Shown here: piece after piece, positions 1-10,787 of the stretch
Numbering within the stretch: position 1 is the first letter of the stretch
How the letters are laid out: every line of letters starts with the position of its first letter
Assembly (NCBI GenBank): GCA_965216635.1
Contig: OZ244188.1
Coordinates: forward strand, 704,001 to 768,000
Direction: 5' to 3'
Length of the DNA stretch: 64,000 nt
Source of the DNA: a bacterium
Lineage (GTDB): Bacteria > SAR324 > XYD2-FULL-50-16 > G965216635
Made by a program: the position numbers and the translations under genes
Notes under the pieces: generated by a model
What the model was told of the DNA's origin: nothing
The model's input: the letters and a program-made list of their open reading frames with translations, nothing else
Databases searched by the model: none

Positions 1-1903
1 TGCCAATTTCAGAGAAGGACTAAATTCGCAACAGTATTTTATTTCTACACACGGAGCCAGAAAAGGACTAGCTGATACAGCCCTTAAAACAGCCCGTTCA
101 GGTTATCTTACTAGAAAATTAGTAGATGTCTCTCAGGACAGTGTAGTTACAATGGAAGACTGCGAGACAACGCGAAGTTTCACTGTAGAAGCCTTAGTGG
201 AAAACGGAGAAATAATAGAAAGAATAGGTGAGAGAATTTTAGGTAGAATAGCAGCAGAAAATGTTTTGCATCCATATACCAAAGAACTATTGGTAAAAAA
301 AGGTAGTATGTTTGATGAAAACAATATAGTTGCAGTGAATAATGCAGTAGTTATTTCTGTAGCTGTTCGCTCTGTTTTAACCTGTGAAGCAGAACAGGGT
401 TGTTGTGCTAAATGCTACGGTAGAGATTTAGGGAGAGGAAAATTAGTTAGCATAGGAGAAGCAGTAGGTATTATTGCAGCTCAATCTATTGGAGAGCCCG
501 GCACTCAACTGACTATGAGGACTTTTCATATTGGAGGAACGGCTTCTAGTAAAATTGAGGAAACTTCTTGGGAATGCACAAAGCCCGGTAAAATTATGCT
601 AGACAAAATTAAGATGTTAGTCAACAGAGATGGAGTGCAAGTAGTAATGGATCAAAGGTCAGAAGTTCGGATTTTAAATGATGAAGGTCACGATGTAGAT
701 AGACTAAGACTACCTTTGGGATCAAAAATTTTATTTAAGCAAGATGAAAAAGTAAAGATAGGAGACACGATTGCGGAATGGGATCCTTTTTCTGTGCCTA
801 TTTTATCTACCCATAAAGGAAAAATAAAATTTATAGATATTATTGAAGAACAAAGTATGCTTGTGCAAACGGATGATAGTACAGGGATCTCTAGAGATGT
901 GATTATAGACAACCCTGAATTTGATTTAAAGCCTAAAATTGTTTTGGTAGATGCAAAAAACCAAGAAATTAAAAAAGAAGATAATAGCCCACACAAAGGT
1001 TTTGATTTACCCGCTCGTTCTGAATTGGTAGTAAAAAATGGAGATTTAGTTCAAGCAGGCGATATATTTGCTAAAATACCTAGAGAATCTGCTAAAACTA
1101 AGGATATTACAGGCGGTCTGCCTAGGGTTGTAGATTTATTAGAGGCTCGTATTCCCGCAAATCCTTGTCAAATTACAGAAATATCTGGAACTATAGAAAT
1201 TGGAGAAAATGTTCGTAGGAAAAAACAAATTATTGTACATCCAGATTTAGGAGATGAAAAAGTATACTTAATCCCTAGAGGTAGTTTTATTATTGTTATG
1301 GACGGAGATTATGTAGAAGCTGGAGACCCACTAACGGATGGATCCCCGAATCCGCACGATATTTTAGCAGTTAAAGGTGTCTACGAACTACAAAAATATA
1401 TTGTCAATGAAGTATTAGAAGTTTATAGAATGCAAGGAGTAAAAATTAATGACAAGCATGTAGAAGTTATAGTCAATCATATGCTCCAAAAAGTACAGGT
1501 TACTGAACCTCACGATTCTAAATTTTTACTAGGAGAGAAAATATCCAAACGTGTTTTTAATGAAGAAAACACAAGACTAGAAGAAGAAAATCTAAAAAAA
1601 GCAGAAGCCAAGACCATTTTATTAGGCGTGATGCAAGCGGCGTTACATACAGATTCTTTTATTTCTGCAGCTTCTTTCCAAGAGACAACGAGGATTTTAA
1701 CTGCAGAAGCAATTAAAGGCTCTGTTGACTATTTTAGAGGGCCTAAGGAAAATGTAATTTTGGGAAGACTGGCTCCTGTAGGTACAGGTTTTAGACACGG
1801 TTCTAAAGTCTACAATTACGCTCTAACAAAAAGTGGAACAGACAGTGTAGCAAAAACAGAAGAGAAGGTGCCTTCAAAACAAGAAATTTTGGTGGAATAT
1901 TAA
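1..1903 (+). CDS. rpoC: DNA-directed RNA polymerase beta' subunit, C-terminal part (5' end outside window)
   Basis: Frame open from nt 2 (ANFREGL...[26 protein letters not shown], bridge helix); trigger loop [50 protein letters not shown]. Confidence 0.99.
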   Translation, partial: ANFREGLNSQQYFISTHGARKGLADTALKTARSGYLTRKLVDVSQDSVVTMEDCETTRSFTVEALVENGEIIERIGERILGRIAAENVLHPYTKELLVKKGSMFDENNIVAVNNAVVISVAVRSVLTCEAEQGCCAKCYGRDLGRGKLVSIGEAVGIIAAQSIGEPGTQLTMRTFHIGGTASSKIEETSWECTKPGKIMLDKIKMLVNRDGVQVVMDQRSEVRILNDEGHDVDRLRLPLGSKILFKQDEKVKIGDTIAEWDPFSVPILSTHKGKIKFIDIIEEQSMLVQTDDSTGISRDVIIDNPEFDLKPKIVLVDAKNQEIKKEDNSPHKGFDLPARSELVVKNGDLVQAGDIFAKIPRESAKTKDITGGLPRVVDLLEARIPANPCQITEISGTIEIGENVRRKKQIIVHPDLGDEKVYLIPRGSFIIVMDGDYVEAGDPLTDGSPNPHDILAVKGVYELQKYIVNEVLEVYRMQGVKINDKHVEVIVNHMLQKVQVTEPHDSKFLLGEKISKRVFNEENTRLEEENLKKAEAKTILLGVMQAALHTDSFISAASFQETTRILTAEAIKGSVDYFRGPKENVILGRLAPVGTGFRHGSKVYNYALTKSGTDSVAKTEEKVPSKQEILVEY

Positions 1904-1910
1904 AAAGACT

Positions 1911-2261
1911 ATGAAAAAGATACTTTTTTTTGTAACAGCGGTTTTGTGTTGGCCCCTCATTACTATTTTTATTTTGCTACTTAAGACAGAGCAAATTAGT
2001 AAAACAGAATACTATTTTAATTTTACTACCTATTCTTTTGTGGGATTGATTTCCGTCCCTTTTTTAATAAAATTTTTTTTTAAATCACAAACAAAACTAG
2101 GGAAAATATATGTTCTGGGAGGATATCTGCTAGTTGTGCCTTGGGTTTATGTTATGTTCACCTATTTTAATTCGTTTATCTCACCGATAGTAATAACCTT
2201 TTTTGCGTCCTTTATTCCTGTATTGGGTAGTTATTTAGGGTATAAGCTTGGCAAAGATTAA
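1911..2261 (+). CDS. Small hypothetical integral membrane protein (about 4 TM)
   Basis: 116 aa hydrophobic ORF tightly packed between rpoC and ahcY. Confidence 0.7.
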   Translation: MKKILFFVTAVLCWPLITIFILLLKTEQISKTEYYFNFTTYSFVGLISVPFLIKFFFKSQTKLGKIYVLGGYLLVVPWVYVMFTYFNSFISPIVITFFASFIPVLGSYLGYKLGKD

Positions 2262-2273
2262 TTTTTTATAAAA

Positions 2274-3608
2274 ATGACTCTCAAATCAAAAATCAAAACT
2301 AATCTTAAAACTAAAGTTCAAGACTATAAAATCGCAGATATAGGACTTGCTGAATGGGGTAAAAAAGAAATAGAAATCGCTAGGGCAGAAATGCCGGGTT
2401 TGGTGTCTATCTGCGAGGAATATAAAAAAAAACAACCCTTAAAAGGAGCTAGAATCACAGGCTCGCTGCATATGACTATTCAAACAGCGGTTTTAATAGA
2501 AACGCTAATAGACTTAGGAGCGGAAGTGAGATGGTCGTCTTGCAATATATTTTCTACACAAGATCAGGCGGCAGCTGCTATTGCGAGCCAAAACATACCT
2601 GTATTTGCTTGGAAAGGGGAAAGCGAAGAAGAATATTTATGGTGCATAGAACAAACTTTAGATTGGGGAGATACCACTACCAATATGCTTTTAGACGACG
2701 GAGGAGATTTAACCCAATTCGTGCATCAAAAAAGACCTGATTTATTAAAAAATATTCGTGGTGTTTCTGAAGAAACAACTACAGGAGTGCACCGTCTACA
2801 TCAAATGCTAAACAAAAAAGAGCTAAAAATTCCCGCTTTTGATGTCAATAATTCTGTCACAAAATCTAAATTTGATAATCTTTACGGATGCCGAGAATCT
2901 TTAATAGATGGTATTAAAAGAGCCACTGATGTGATGATTTCTGGAAAAGTCGCTGTAATTGCGGGCTATGGTGATGTGGGCAAAGGCTGTGCCGATGCTT
3001 TTAAAGGTATGGGAGCGAGAATTATTATTACAGAAATTGATCCTATTTGCGCCTTACAAGCCTCTATGGAAGGTTACCAAGTGATGCCGATGGATGAAGC
3101 TTGTAAAATAGGAAATATTTTTGTGACCGCTACTGGTTGTTGTGATGCGATCACCAAAAAACACATAGAGCAAATGCCAGACGAATCCATTGTTTGCAAC
3201 ATAGGGCATTTTGATTCCGAAATCCAAGTCAACCAACTATTGCAGGATAAAAATGTTACTAAAGTAAATGTTAAACCACAAGTAGATAGATTTTATTTTA
3301 AAAACGGCAAGACGGTTATGCTGCTCGCCGAAGGAAGACTCGTCAATTTAGGCTGTGCCACCGGACATCCTAGTTTTGTGATGTCTAATAGTTTTTGCAA
3401 TCAAGTATTAGCTCAAATAGAAATTTGGAACAATCACCAAAAACTAGAAAACAAAATTTACAACCTACCTAAACACCTAGACGAAAAAGTCGCCGAATTA
3501 CACCTTAAAAAACTCGGTGTCAAGCTAGACAAACTCAATAAAACCCAAGCCGATTATCTAGGCATTTCTGCTACGGGACCTTTCAAACCCGAAGCCTACC
3601 GTTATTAG
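2274..3608 (+). CDS. ahcY: Adenosylhomocysteinase (SAH hydrolase)
   Basis: [54 protein letters not shown]-terminal [10 protein letters not shown]. Confidence 0.99.
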   Translation: MTLKSKIKTNLKTKVQDYKIADIGLAEWGKKEIEIARAEMPGLVSICEEYKKKQPLKGARITGSLHMTIQTAVLIETLIDLGAEVRWSSCNIFSTQDQAAAAIASQNIPVFAWKGESEEEYLWCIEQTLDWGDTTTNMLLDDGGDLTQFVHQKRPDLLKNIRGVSEETTTGVHRLHQMLNKKELKIPAFDVNNSVTKSKFDNLYGCRESLIDGIKRATDVMISGKVAVIAGYGDVGKGCADAFKGMGARIIITEIDPICALQASMEGYQVMPMDEACKIGNIFVTATGCCDAITKKHIEQMPDESIVCNIGHFDSEIQVNQLLQDKNVTKVNVKPQVDRFYFKNGKTVMLLAEGRLVNLGCATGHPSFVMSNSFCNQVLAQIEIWNNHQKLENKIYNLPKHLDEKVAELHLKKLGVKLDKLNKTQADYLGISATGPFKPEAYRY

Positions 3609-3665
3609 TAGTATGGCGTATAAAAAAATACCACACAATCTGTAGATTCTTCTGCAGAAAAATCA

Positions 3666-3803
3666 ATGACACAAGATGCTGGTTTCTGCAACAGGATTGC
3701 AGAGAAATACTCAAAATCACCTATTAAAAATCTTGCTGTTTATGAGAAAAAAATAAAAATCACCCAAAAATATTTGAATCAAAATATGAAAGTTATGGTT
3801 TAG
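3666..3803 (+). pseudogene. N-terminal remnant (45 aa) of a putative class I SAM-dependent methyltransferase
   Basis: Own translation MTQDAGFCNRIAEKYSKSPIKNLAVYEKKIKITQKYLNQNMKVMV*; resembles the FWDRIAxxYxxxPI...YxxKL...YL leader that precedes motif I in small methyltransferases; ends where the convergent permease gene ends. Confidence 0.45.
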
Positions 3804-4761
3804 GGAGTTTTGTGTTGAAAAGTCGTTTCAACAATCCAACAACACCGTCGGGAGAAAACAAAACAATAATTACAAAAACAGCTCCAATAAGTGTATTGAA
3901 TCGTTCGCTGCCAATGATATCAATAGCAAAGTTACCTAGCAAGATAAAAATAAATGCTCCTAAGAACGCTCCTAATGGGTGTTTCATTCCACCTACAACA
4001 CCCATCATTAAAATAGCAATCGCAGCTTCTACATTGATAGTAGCTGGGTCAATACGACCATTCATCCAAACCAATAAAATACCGCCAATGGCAGATAGTA
4101 GGGCAGCGAAAGCGTGAGCAGCAATGCGATGCTTTGTGACATTAAAACCAAGTGCTCGCATACGCCTAGCATTATCTTTTATGCCTTGTAGTGCAATACC
4201 AAAAGTAGAACGCAAACAATTTTTAATCCACAGGTAAAATAAGACGGAAATACTCAAAGTAAGGTAATAAAAATAGATAGGTTGCCTTAGATCTAATCCG
4301 CCAATTGTAGGTGCTTGAATACCAGCGTAGCCGGTAAATCCATTAAAAACAGCGTAGTTTTGTCGGGTGAAATAGAAAAAACCTGTGGCTATGGCTAGAG
4401 TTATCATAATAGTATAAATCCCTTGGGTTCGTGTAGAAATAATGCCAATGATTATGCCAAATAATACAGCCATCAATAAGGCTATCAAGACCACAAATAA
4501 CCAGTGCCATTCCATTCCTACACCTTCGCTATTGAATCCAAAAATGGCTACCATATAGCCTGCCATGCCTGCTATTGCCATTGTAGCTAAAGACACCATT
4601 CCGCCATAACCTGCTAAAAATATAAATCCTAAGGTTATAAGACCAAAGATAAAAGTTTGGGCGCCAATTTGCACTAGCCAAAATTCATTAGCAAGCAGAG
4701 GTATAAGGCATAAAACAAGAAGGCTTGCTATGGTTTTTTTGTTATCTATTATAAATCTCAT
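3793..4761 (-). CDS. Branched-chain amino acid (HAAT) family ABC permease, LivM-like
   Basis: GYGGMVSL, GIYTIMITLA, STFGIALQGIKDNARRMRALG, VVGGM, PDGVVG. Confidence 0.92.
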   Translation of the reverse strand: MRFIIDNKKTIASLLVLCLIPLLANEFWLVQIGAQTFIFGLITLGFIFLAGYGGMVSLATMAIAGMAGYMVAIFGFNSEGVGMEWHWLFVVLIALLMAVLFGIIIGIISTRTQGIYTIMITLAIATGFFYFTRQNYAVFNGFTGYAGIQAPTIGGLDLRQPIYFYYLTLSISVLFYLWIKNCLRSTFGIALQGIKDNARRMRALGFNVTKHRIAAHAFAALLSAIGGILLVWMNGRIDPATINVEAAIAILMMGVVGGMKHPLGAFLGAFIFILLGNFAIDIIGSERFNTLIGAVFVIIVLFSPDGVVGLLKRLFNTKLPKP

Positions 4762-5621
4762 ATTTTTTTTCCCATAATTCCTTGAGGACGAATAGCTAAA
4801 ACCACAACCATAATTATAAATGTATAGACTATTCCATAGGTTGGCGAATAGACCAATCCGTATTGCTCTGCTAAACCAATCAAAATAGCACCTATGGCGC
4901 TACCAGTGATACTTCCTAATCCTCCAATGATTACTACTACTAAAGAAGCCAAAAGGTAGCGTATATCTTCACCAGGGGCAATGGAAAGTGCGGAGCCGCC
5001 AATAACTCCTGCCAATCCAGCCAATCCCGCACCTATAGCAAAAGTAATCGCAAACACGAAGGCTACATGCACTCCTGTAGCTGAAAGCATCTCTTTGTCA
5101 TCCACTCCTGCTCTAATCATCATTCCGATACGAGTTTTGTTTAAAAATAAAAATAGAAATATCCCCACAACTACAGATGTTGCCAAAATAAACAATCTAT
5201 AGATAGGGTAGACTTTAATAATGGGAATACCTCTTAAGGGTCCATAAAGTAAATCAGGAATTTCAAATTGATAGGTTGTTCCACCCCAAATCCACAACAT
5301 TAAATCTGCTACTATTATAGAAATACCAATGGTGACCAAAGTTTGTCGCAATTCTTGCCCTTCCAAAAAACGAAATAAAAAATGTTGCATAGCAAGTCCA
5401 AGAATAAACATAAAAAAGAAAGCAGCAGCAATGCCCAAATACCAAGAGCCTGTGAACTCTTGAAACTGAAAGCCAATGTAGGCTCCCAAAAGATATATTG
5501 AACCGTGAGCCATATTGATATTTCTCATAAGACCGAAGATAAGAGAAAGACCATTGGCTACTAAAAAATAAAGAGCTGCTAGGGTTAGTCCATTTAAGGT
5601 GGTGATTAAAAATAATTTCAT
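4758..5621 (-). CDS. HAAT family ABC permease, LivH-like
   Basis: GLSLIFGLMRNINMAHG, TRIGMMIRA, VIIGGLGSITG, RPQGIMG; ATGA overlap with the downstream permease. Confidence 0.94.
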   Translation of the reverse strand: MKLFLITTLNGLTLAALYFLVANGLSLIFGLMRNINMAHGSIYLLGAYIGFQFQEFTGSWYLGIAAAFFFMFILGLAMQHFLFRFLEGQELRQTLVTIGISIIVADLMLWIWGGTTYQFEIPDLLYGPLRGIPIIKVYPIYRLFILATSVVVGIFLFLFLNKTRIGMMIRAGVDDKEMLSATGVHVAFVFAITFAIGAGLAGLAGVIGGSALSIAPGEDIRYLLASLVVVIIGGLGSITGSAIGAILIGLAEQYGLVYSPTYGIVYTFIIMVVVLAIRPQGIMGKKI

Positions 5622-5751
5622 TTTCTTTTAATTAAATTTTTTTTTAAGGAAAAACACCAAAATTTAGCTGATTCATAAGTTTAAAAAACAACCAGAAAAT
5701 AAACTATTTTCCTTAAAAACTATTCGTTTAGTACATAGTTTTTTAATATAA

Positions 5752-6035
5752 TAGACTTTTGAATTTGCATTCTGTTTAGCCAAAACAAGCTTATTGCTTT
5801 TACTCTATAAGGGTTATAGTAAAAGAGCCACTGGCTCTTTTACATTTTTTTTTTGGATTATGCGATTTTTGTAGTGCCTGCTCCCATTATTGTGGCACTA
5901 CGCCATTGAAAAAATTTTTTAACTCTTGAAATACTTCAGTATTTTAGCGAGCTAAAAAAATTTTTCGCACCTGTTCTAACCATTTGGCTAGCCGTCACAG
6001 TTAGTTTTGTCCTATTTGGCAAATTCAAAGGTCTA
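5752..6035 (+). mobile_element. Modular MITE-like palindromic element, copy 1
   Basis: TAGACTTTTGAATTTGC ... GCAAATTCAAAGGTCTA terminal inverted repeats with TA at both ends; internal hairpin modules shared with other copies. Confidence 0.85.
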
Positions 6036-6044
6036 TATTATGGA

Positions 6045-6743
6045 TTAAAAATTCAATCCTAATAATTTCTGTTGTTTTTTTTTATCTTTTTTAAATTTTT
6101 TCGTGCTCATTTCTATAGCTATACGACCAGTGACCATAATAGCAATTCGTTCAGAAACATTCAAAGCTACTTCGAGATTTTGTTCTACCAATAAAATAGT
6201 CAGATCTTCATTTTTTGTTAAATCTACTAACAGTTTTTCTATTTGTTTGACCATAATAGGAGACAATCCTTCGGTTGGCTCGTCCATAATCAAAAATTTA
6301 GGATTGAGTAAAAGTGCTCTAGCAATAGATAATATTTGCTGTTCTCCACCTGATAGTTGATTTCCACCGTTATTTTTTCTTTCAGCCAATAGAGGAAAAA
6401 TAGTATAAATTTTTTCCCTATTCCAAGTCCCTGTTTTTTTTTCCACCAATTTCAGATGCTCGTTCACAGTCAAGGATGGCCAAATTCTTCTTCCTTGAGG
6501 AACATAACCAACTCCCAAATGGGCTATTTGATCTGTCCTTAACCCATTTATGCTGCTATTATTAATTTTTATACTTCCACTGGTTATAGGGACAAACCCC
6601 ATAATGGTATTACAAAATGTTGTTTTGCCCATTCCATTTCTTCCAATAAGAGCAAATATATTTTGCTCTTTTAAGGTTAAAGAAACACCTTGCAACACAT
6701 GAGAAAGACCATAGTGTGCGTTGACTTTAGTAGCTTGAATCAT
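6045..6743 (-). CDS. ABC ATP-binding protein, LivF-like
   Basis: Walker A GRNGMGKTT, YVPQGRRI, LSGGEQQ, DEPTEGL, LLVEQN. Confidence 0.95.
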   Translation of the reverse strand: MIQATKVNAHYGLSHVLQGVSLTLKEQNIFALIGRNGMGKTTFCNTIMGFVPITSGSIKINNSSINGLRTDQIAHLGVGYVPQGRRIWPSLTVNEHLKLVEKKTGTWNREKIYTIFPLLAERKNNGGNQLSGGEQQILSIARALLLNPKFLIMDEPTEGLSPIMVKQIEKLLVDLTKNEDLTILLVEQNLEVALNVSERIAIMVTGRIAIEMSTKKFKKDKKKQQKLLGLNF

Positions 6744-6756
6744 TATGTTTAGTTTG

Positions 6757-7521
6757 CTAACCAGAATTCCCTAGATAGATAGATTGAACTTCAGGATCTT
6801 TTTTTATTTTTTCAGTAGTGCCTTCTTTAAAAAGATTACCATTGTGTAGAATCGTGATTTTATCGGATACTTTTAAAGCAATATTTAAATCGTGTTCTAT
6901 GATAATAAAAGTAATCTCGGGCGGTAATCCTAGGAGTAGTTTTTCTAGTTGGGTGCGTTCTAAAGAAGATAATCCTGCAGCTGGTTCATCAAACAATATC
7001 AATCGTGGCTCTCCAGCCATAGCCATTCCAATTTCTAATTGTCTTTGTTGTCCGTGAGAAAGATTACCGACTTTCACATCTAGCAATTTATCCAAATGGA
7101 CAGAAACTGCTAATTTTCTAACAGCATCTTTAAAGCCTTTTAGATTACCAGTAGATTTTAAACTAAAATGACCTTTTAGCACTCCTCTGACAGCTAGATA
7201 TAAATTATCTTTTACAGTTAAATTTTGAAAAAGTAAGGATTTTTGATAGGTTCTTCGCAAACCACGACGAATACGATCACAAACTGGCATCCGAGTAATA
7301 TCTTCTCCAAAAAATAAAATTTTTCCTTTTTGGGGTAAGAAATCTCCAGTAATAGCATTAAACAAAGTAGTCTTTCCTGCTCCATTAGCTCCTAAAATAG
7401 CTCTTCTTTCCCCAAAACTTACAGAAAGACTAATATCGTTTATAGCTACAAGGGCACCAAACTCTTGTCTGATGCCCTGCAACTCAATAGCTAGTAAAGA
7501 CATATTATCAGGTTTAGTCAC
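6757..7521 (-). CDS. ABC ATP-binding protein, LivG-like (true start may be the ATG at 7503)
   Basis: GANGAGKTT, LSHGQQRQLEI, DEPAAGL, IEHD, VQSIYLG. Confidence 0.95.
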   Translation of the reverse strand: MTKPDNMSLLAIELQGIRQEFGALVAINDISLSVSFGERRAILGANGAGKTTLFNAITGDFLPQKGKILFFGEDITRMPVCDRIRRGLRRTYQKSLLFQNLTVKDNLYLAVRGVLKGHFSLKSTGNLKGFKDAVRKLAVSVHLDKLLDVKVGNLSHGQQRQLEIGMAMAGEPRLILFDEPAAGLSSLERTQLEKLLLGLPPEITFIIIEHDLNIALKVSDKITILHNGNLFKEGTTEKIKKDPEVQSIYLGNSG

Positions 7522-7675
7522 ACTAATGAATTTGCTTTATGGGCGTAGTGACAATCTATCAGAACCAGCACTACAAAACTTGAGTGTGAAACAGCCCTTT
7601 GGCTTGTTTCACTTTAGCAAGTAACTAGTTTTAGTAATAAGTCGGCTAAACTAGATAAGCAAATTCAACAGTCTA
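7521..7675 (-). mobile_element. Modular MITE-like element, degenerate copy (reverse orientation)
   Basis: Right end GCAAATTCAACAGTCTA, eroded left end CACTAATGAATTTGC, hairpin GTGAAACAGCC...GGCTTGTTTCAC nearly identical to that in copy 55718-56030. Confidence 0.7.
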
Positions 7676-7717
7676 GTTACATTTAGGCTAGTTACATTTA
7701 GGCTAGTTACATTTAGG
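7673..7717. repeat. Perfect 15-bp tandem repeat x3 (CTAGTTACATTTAGG) duplicating the last 4 codons and stop of the binding-protein gene
   Basis: Read directly; the third unit encodes PKCN* on the minus strand. Confidence 0.95.
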
Positions 7718-8953
7718 AACATTTCGTCCTACCTTACCCAAAGCTAGAAACTTCTCTCTGTTACCATTCAACACTTGGTCTACTTTAGGTACGACTTTAA
7801 CCACTTTGTTATACAGGTTGCCATCTTTATCTTTAGCTACCTCAGTGATAAAAATATCAATAATAGCTTGACGATTTTTATCCAGTGTAACCACTCCAGT
7901 TGGTGTTTTTAGCTTTAATTTAGCAAGAGCTCTGTTCAATTTTTTATTATTATTAGATACATTTCCTTTGACCTTATCTAAGCCTGTTAAAGCGGCTTTA
8001 GTGGCGACATAATAATAATAAGCAAATAAAGATGGAGACGGAAAACCTTTAGGAAACTGCTTTTTATAAGAAGCTTTCCAATTCTGCCAATCTTTTTTTT
8101 CCAAATTATCAGCAATAGGGCTAGCGGAAGGAGTGCCAATAATATAATCTCTACGACGACCTTTAGACCCCAATACAGATTGATCTACGGTTATAGTCCC
8201 TCCAATTAAAGGTTTATCTCCGCCAGCCTGCTCGTATTGAGAAAGAAAGTTTATAGCATCTGAGCCTCCTAAGGCTACAAATATAGCGTCTATATTATCT
8301 GGAATAGAGGCTACAATAGAAGAGTAATCTTTATTGCCTATGGGCACCCAATGACGATTTTTAACTGAGCCTCCTAGGTCACAAAAATCCTTCAAAAAGC
8401 CAAACGCCATAGTATAAGGAAAAGAGTAATCTTCCCCTATAACAACAATATTTCTATAGCCTTTTTCTTTGTATGCATATTTTCCCAATCCAGCAACCCA
8501 TTGAGCCCCATCTCCGCCAAAGCGAAAAAAGTTTTTTGCAGGATTTCGCAAAGTTGTATCTTGGGCTGCTGAAGTTCCATTGATAAAAGTAACATGCGGT
8601 TTTGTTTTCGCATAATCTTTAACCGCAAGTCCTTCTGAACCTGATAAAGGACCAATCACGATAGATACTTTATCCTGTTCTACCAATTTTTTTACAGCTT
8701 TAAGGGCACTATTTGGCGAACCATTAGAGGAAGCTTTAAATATTTTAATATTTTTACCTCCAGCTTTGTTTTTCCATTCTTTAAGAGCCATATTAATGCC
8801 TCTTGTACCATCTTCACCCAAAATTGCAAAAGGTCCTTCAAGAATGGTTAAAGTACCTATTTTAACATCTGCCGCAAAAACAGAAGTCATAAAAACAGAG
8901 GTGGTAAGCAATCCAATAGAAAGCACCAGCAATGTTCTTCTAATTATTTTCAT
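7703..8953 (-). CDS. ABC substrate-binding protein, LivJ/Peripla_BP_6 type
   Basis: Signal peptide; VKIGTLTILEGPFAILG, VIGPLSGSEG, DYSFPY, KTPTGVVTLDKNRQ; heads a livG/F/H/M-like operon. Confidence 0.92.
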   Translation of the reverse strand: MKIIRRTLLVLSIGLLTTSVFMTSVFAADVKIGTLTILEGPFAILGEDGTRGINMALKEWKNKAGGKNIKIFKASSNGSPNSALKAVKKLVEQDKVSIVIGPLSGSEGLAVKDYAKTKPHVTFINGTSAAQDTTLRNPAKNFFRFGGDGAQWVAGLGKYAYKEKGYRNIVVIGEDYSFPYTMAFGFLKDFCDLGGSVKNRHWVPIGNKDYSSIVASIPDNIDAIFVALGGSDAINFLSQYEQAGGDKPLIGGTITVDQSVLGSKGRRRDYIIGTPSASPIADNLEKKDWQNWKASYKKQFPKGFPSPSLFAYYYYVATKAALTGLDKVKGNVSNNNKKLNRALAKLKLKTPTGVVTLDKNRQAIIDIFITEVAKDKDGNLYNKVVKVVPKVDQVLNGNREKFLALGKVGRNVPKCN

Positions 8954-8978
8954 AGTAGTTTTTATTTAAGTTAAAAAA

Positions 8979-9116
8979 AGGTCTTTGATAATAGGCATTA
9001 ATTATAGGAGAGCTATGCAGGGCAAACTGTCGAAAAAGCAGAGGATACAATAGTATATGAGCATTTTGAAACAGTTGCCTTGCATAGCGTGCTAGAATGT
9101 CTAATTCAAAGATCTA
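8979..9116. repeat. Degenerate MITE-related element with internal palindrome (9012-9088)
   Basis: GCTATGCAGGGCAAACTGT...ACAGTTGCCTTGCATAGC inverted repeat; core related to the AAAATGCTCACATAC module at about 47630; TIR-like CTAATTCAAAGATCTA at 9101-9116. Confidence 0.6.
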
Positions 9117-9237
9117 GAATACAAACAGTAAAGTTTAAAAATACACCAAATAAAATAAATATCAAGAACTAATATTATGCTCATAACAATATAATCTGTG
9201 TATTAAAGGAAAAAATAATATTTTGTTGATTATTTTA

Positions 9238-9469
9238 TGGACTTTTGAATTTACATTCTGTTTAGCCAACAAGCTTATTGCTTTTACTCTATACGAGCTA
9301 TAGTAAAAGAGCCGCTGGCTCTTTTACATTTTATTTTTGCTAAATGCAAATCATAGAGTATTTTTCACTACGATATTCCAGCGAGCTAAAATTTTTTTTC
9401 GTACCTGTTCTAACCATTTGGCTAGCCGTCACAGCTAGTTTTGTTCTATTTGGCAAATTCAAAGGTCTA
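9238..9469 (+). mobile_element. Modular MITE-like element copy
   Basis: GACTTTTGAATTTAC...GCAAATTCAAAGGTCTA; modules shared with 5752-6035. Confidence 0.85.
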
Positions 9470-9557
9470 TTTTATATTATTTCCAAAAAAAATATTGAAA
9501 AAATGTGTTTTTTGGGTAACTATAAGCTAGTTTAATTAACCTTAAAAGGAATTTAAT

Positions 9558-10781
9558 ATGAAAAATATATGTTTAATTGGAGCCTTTGATGTCAAAGGTG
9601 CGGAATACGCATTTGTACGGCAACAGATACTAGATAAAGGGCATAAAGTAATTAGCGTTAATGCTGGAGTCTTAGGCACAACAGAAATCTTTCCCGTAGA
9701 TATAGAAGCAGATAAAATCGCAGAAGCCGCGGGCGGTAGTATTGCGCAGTTGCGAGAAAAAAAAGATCGTGGCGAGGCAATGAAAGTAATGTCTGCAGGA
9801 GCTGCCATACTTATCCGATCCCTATACGATGAAGGAAAATTTGATGGAATAATGGGTATGGGAGGTACAGGTGGCACCTCTATTATTACAGCGGCTATGC
9901 GTGCTTTACCGATTGGTGTACCTAAAGTATGCGTTTCTACAGCAGCATCTAGTGATGTATCAGGTTATGTTGGTACCAAAGACATTACCATGATACCCTC
10001 TATTGTAGATGTAGCTGGAATCAACCGCGTTTCAAAAATTATATTTACCCGCGCTGCAAGTGCCATCTGCGGAATGGTAGAAACAGATTTGCCACAAACT
10101 AGCGAAGATAAACCTGTTATCACAGCGTCTATGTTCGGCAATACAACCGAATGCGTCAACGACTGTATGGCAAAACTCAGTGAAAAAGGCTACGAAGTCC
10201 TTGTATTCCACTGCACTGGAGTAGGAGGTATGGCTATGGAAAGTTTGATAAAAGAAGGTTTGGTTAATGCTGTCTTAGATATTACAACAACAGAATGGGC
10301 AGATGAGGTATGTGATGGAGTTTTTAGTGCTGGTTCTGATAGATTGTCCGCTGCGGGAGAGATGGGGATCCCTCACCTTATTGTACCGGGCTGTGTAGAT
10401 ATGGCAAATTTTGGAGGAATGGATACAGTTCCTGCTAGATTCAAAGAGCCAAGACGCAATTTCTATGAATGGAACCCGTCGGTTACGCTAATGCGGACTG
10501 ATAAAGAAGAAAACGAAAAAATGGGAAAAATATTTGCAGAAAAAGCCAATGCTGCAAAAGGTCCCGTTGCTTTTCTGCTTCCGCTCAAAGGAATTTCTAT
10601 TCTTGATGGCGATGGTGAGCTGTTTTGCGATCGTGAAATAGACCAAGCCCTATTTGATAGCATCAAAGCAAATCTAAAAAAAGATATCCCCGTTGTAGAA
10701 ATAGAAAATAATATCAATGATACAGAATTTTCGGCAAAAGCTGTGGAGATGTTATTAGAATTAATAGAAAAAAACAAATAA
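9558..10781 (+). CDS. Tm-1-like ATP-binding domain protein (UPF0261)
   Basis: IGAFDVKGAE, GMGGTGGT, LPIGVPKVCVST, SIVDVAGINR, SMFGNTT, VFHCTGVGG, LDITTTEWADE, PGCVDMANFG, VTLMRT. Confidence 0.93.
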   Translation: MKNICLIGAFDVKGAEYAFVRQQILDKGHKVISVNAGVLGTTEIFPVDIEADKIAEAAGGSIAQLREKKDRGEAMKVMSAGAAILIRSLYDEGKFDGIMGMGGTGGTSIITAAMRALPIGVPKVCVSTAASSDVSGYVGTKDITMIPSIVDVAGINRVSKIIFTRAASAICGMVETDLPQTSEDKPVITASMFGNTTECVNDCMAKLSEKGYEVLVFHCTGVGGMAMESLIKEGLVNAVLDITTTEWADEVCDGVFSAGSDRLSAAGEMGIPHLIVPGCVDMANFGGMDTVPARFKEPRRNFYEWNPSVTLMRTDKEENEKMGKIFAEKANAAKGPVAFLLPLKGISILDGDGELFCDREIDQALFDSIKANLKKDIPVVEIENNINDTEFSAKAVEMLLELIEKNK

Positions 10782-10787
10782 AAAAAA

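Noticed and set aside
9344..9535. Short ORFs 9344-9535, 47517-47702, 55573-55764, 62540-62761 and 63732-63926
   Set aside because: They start in or lie within the repeat elements; shared peptides (e.g. SYLANSKV) merely reflect the TIR.
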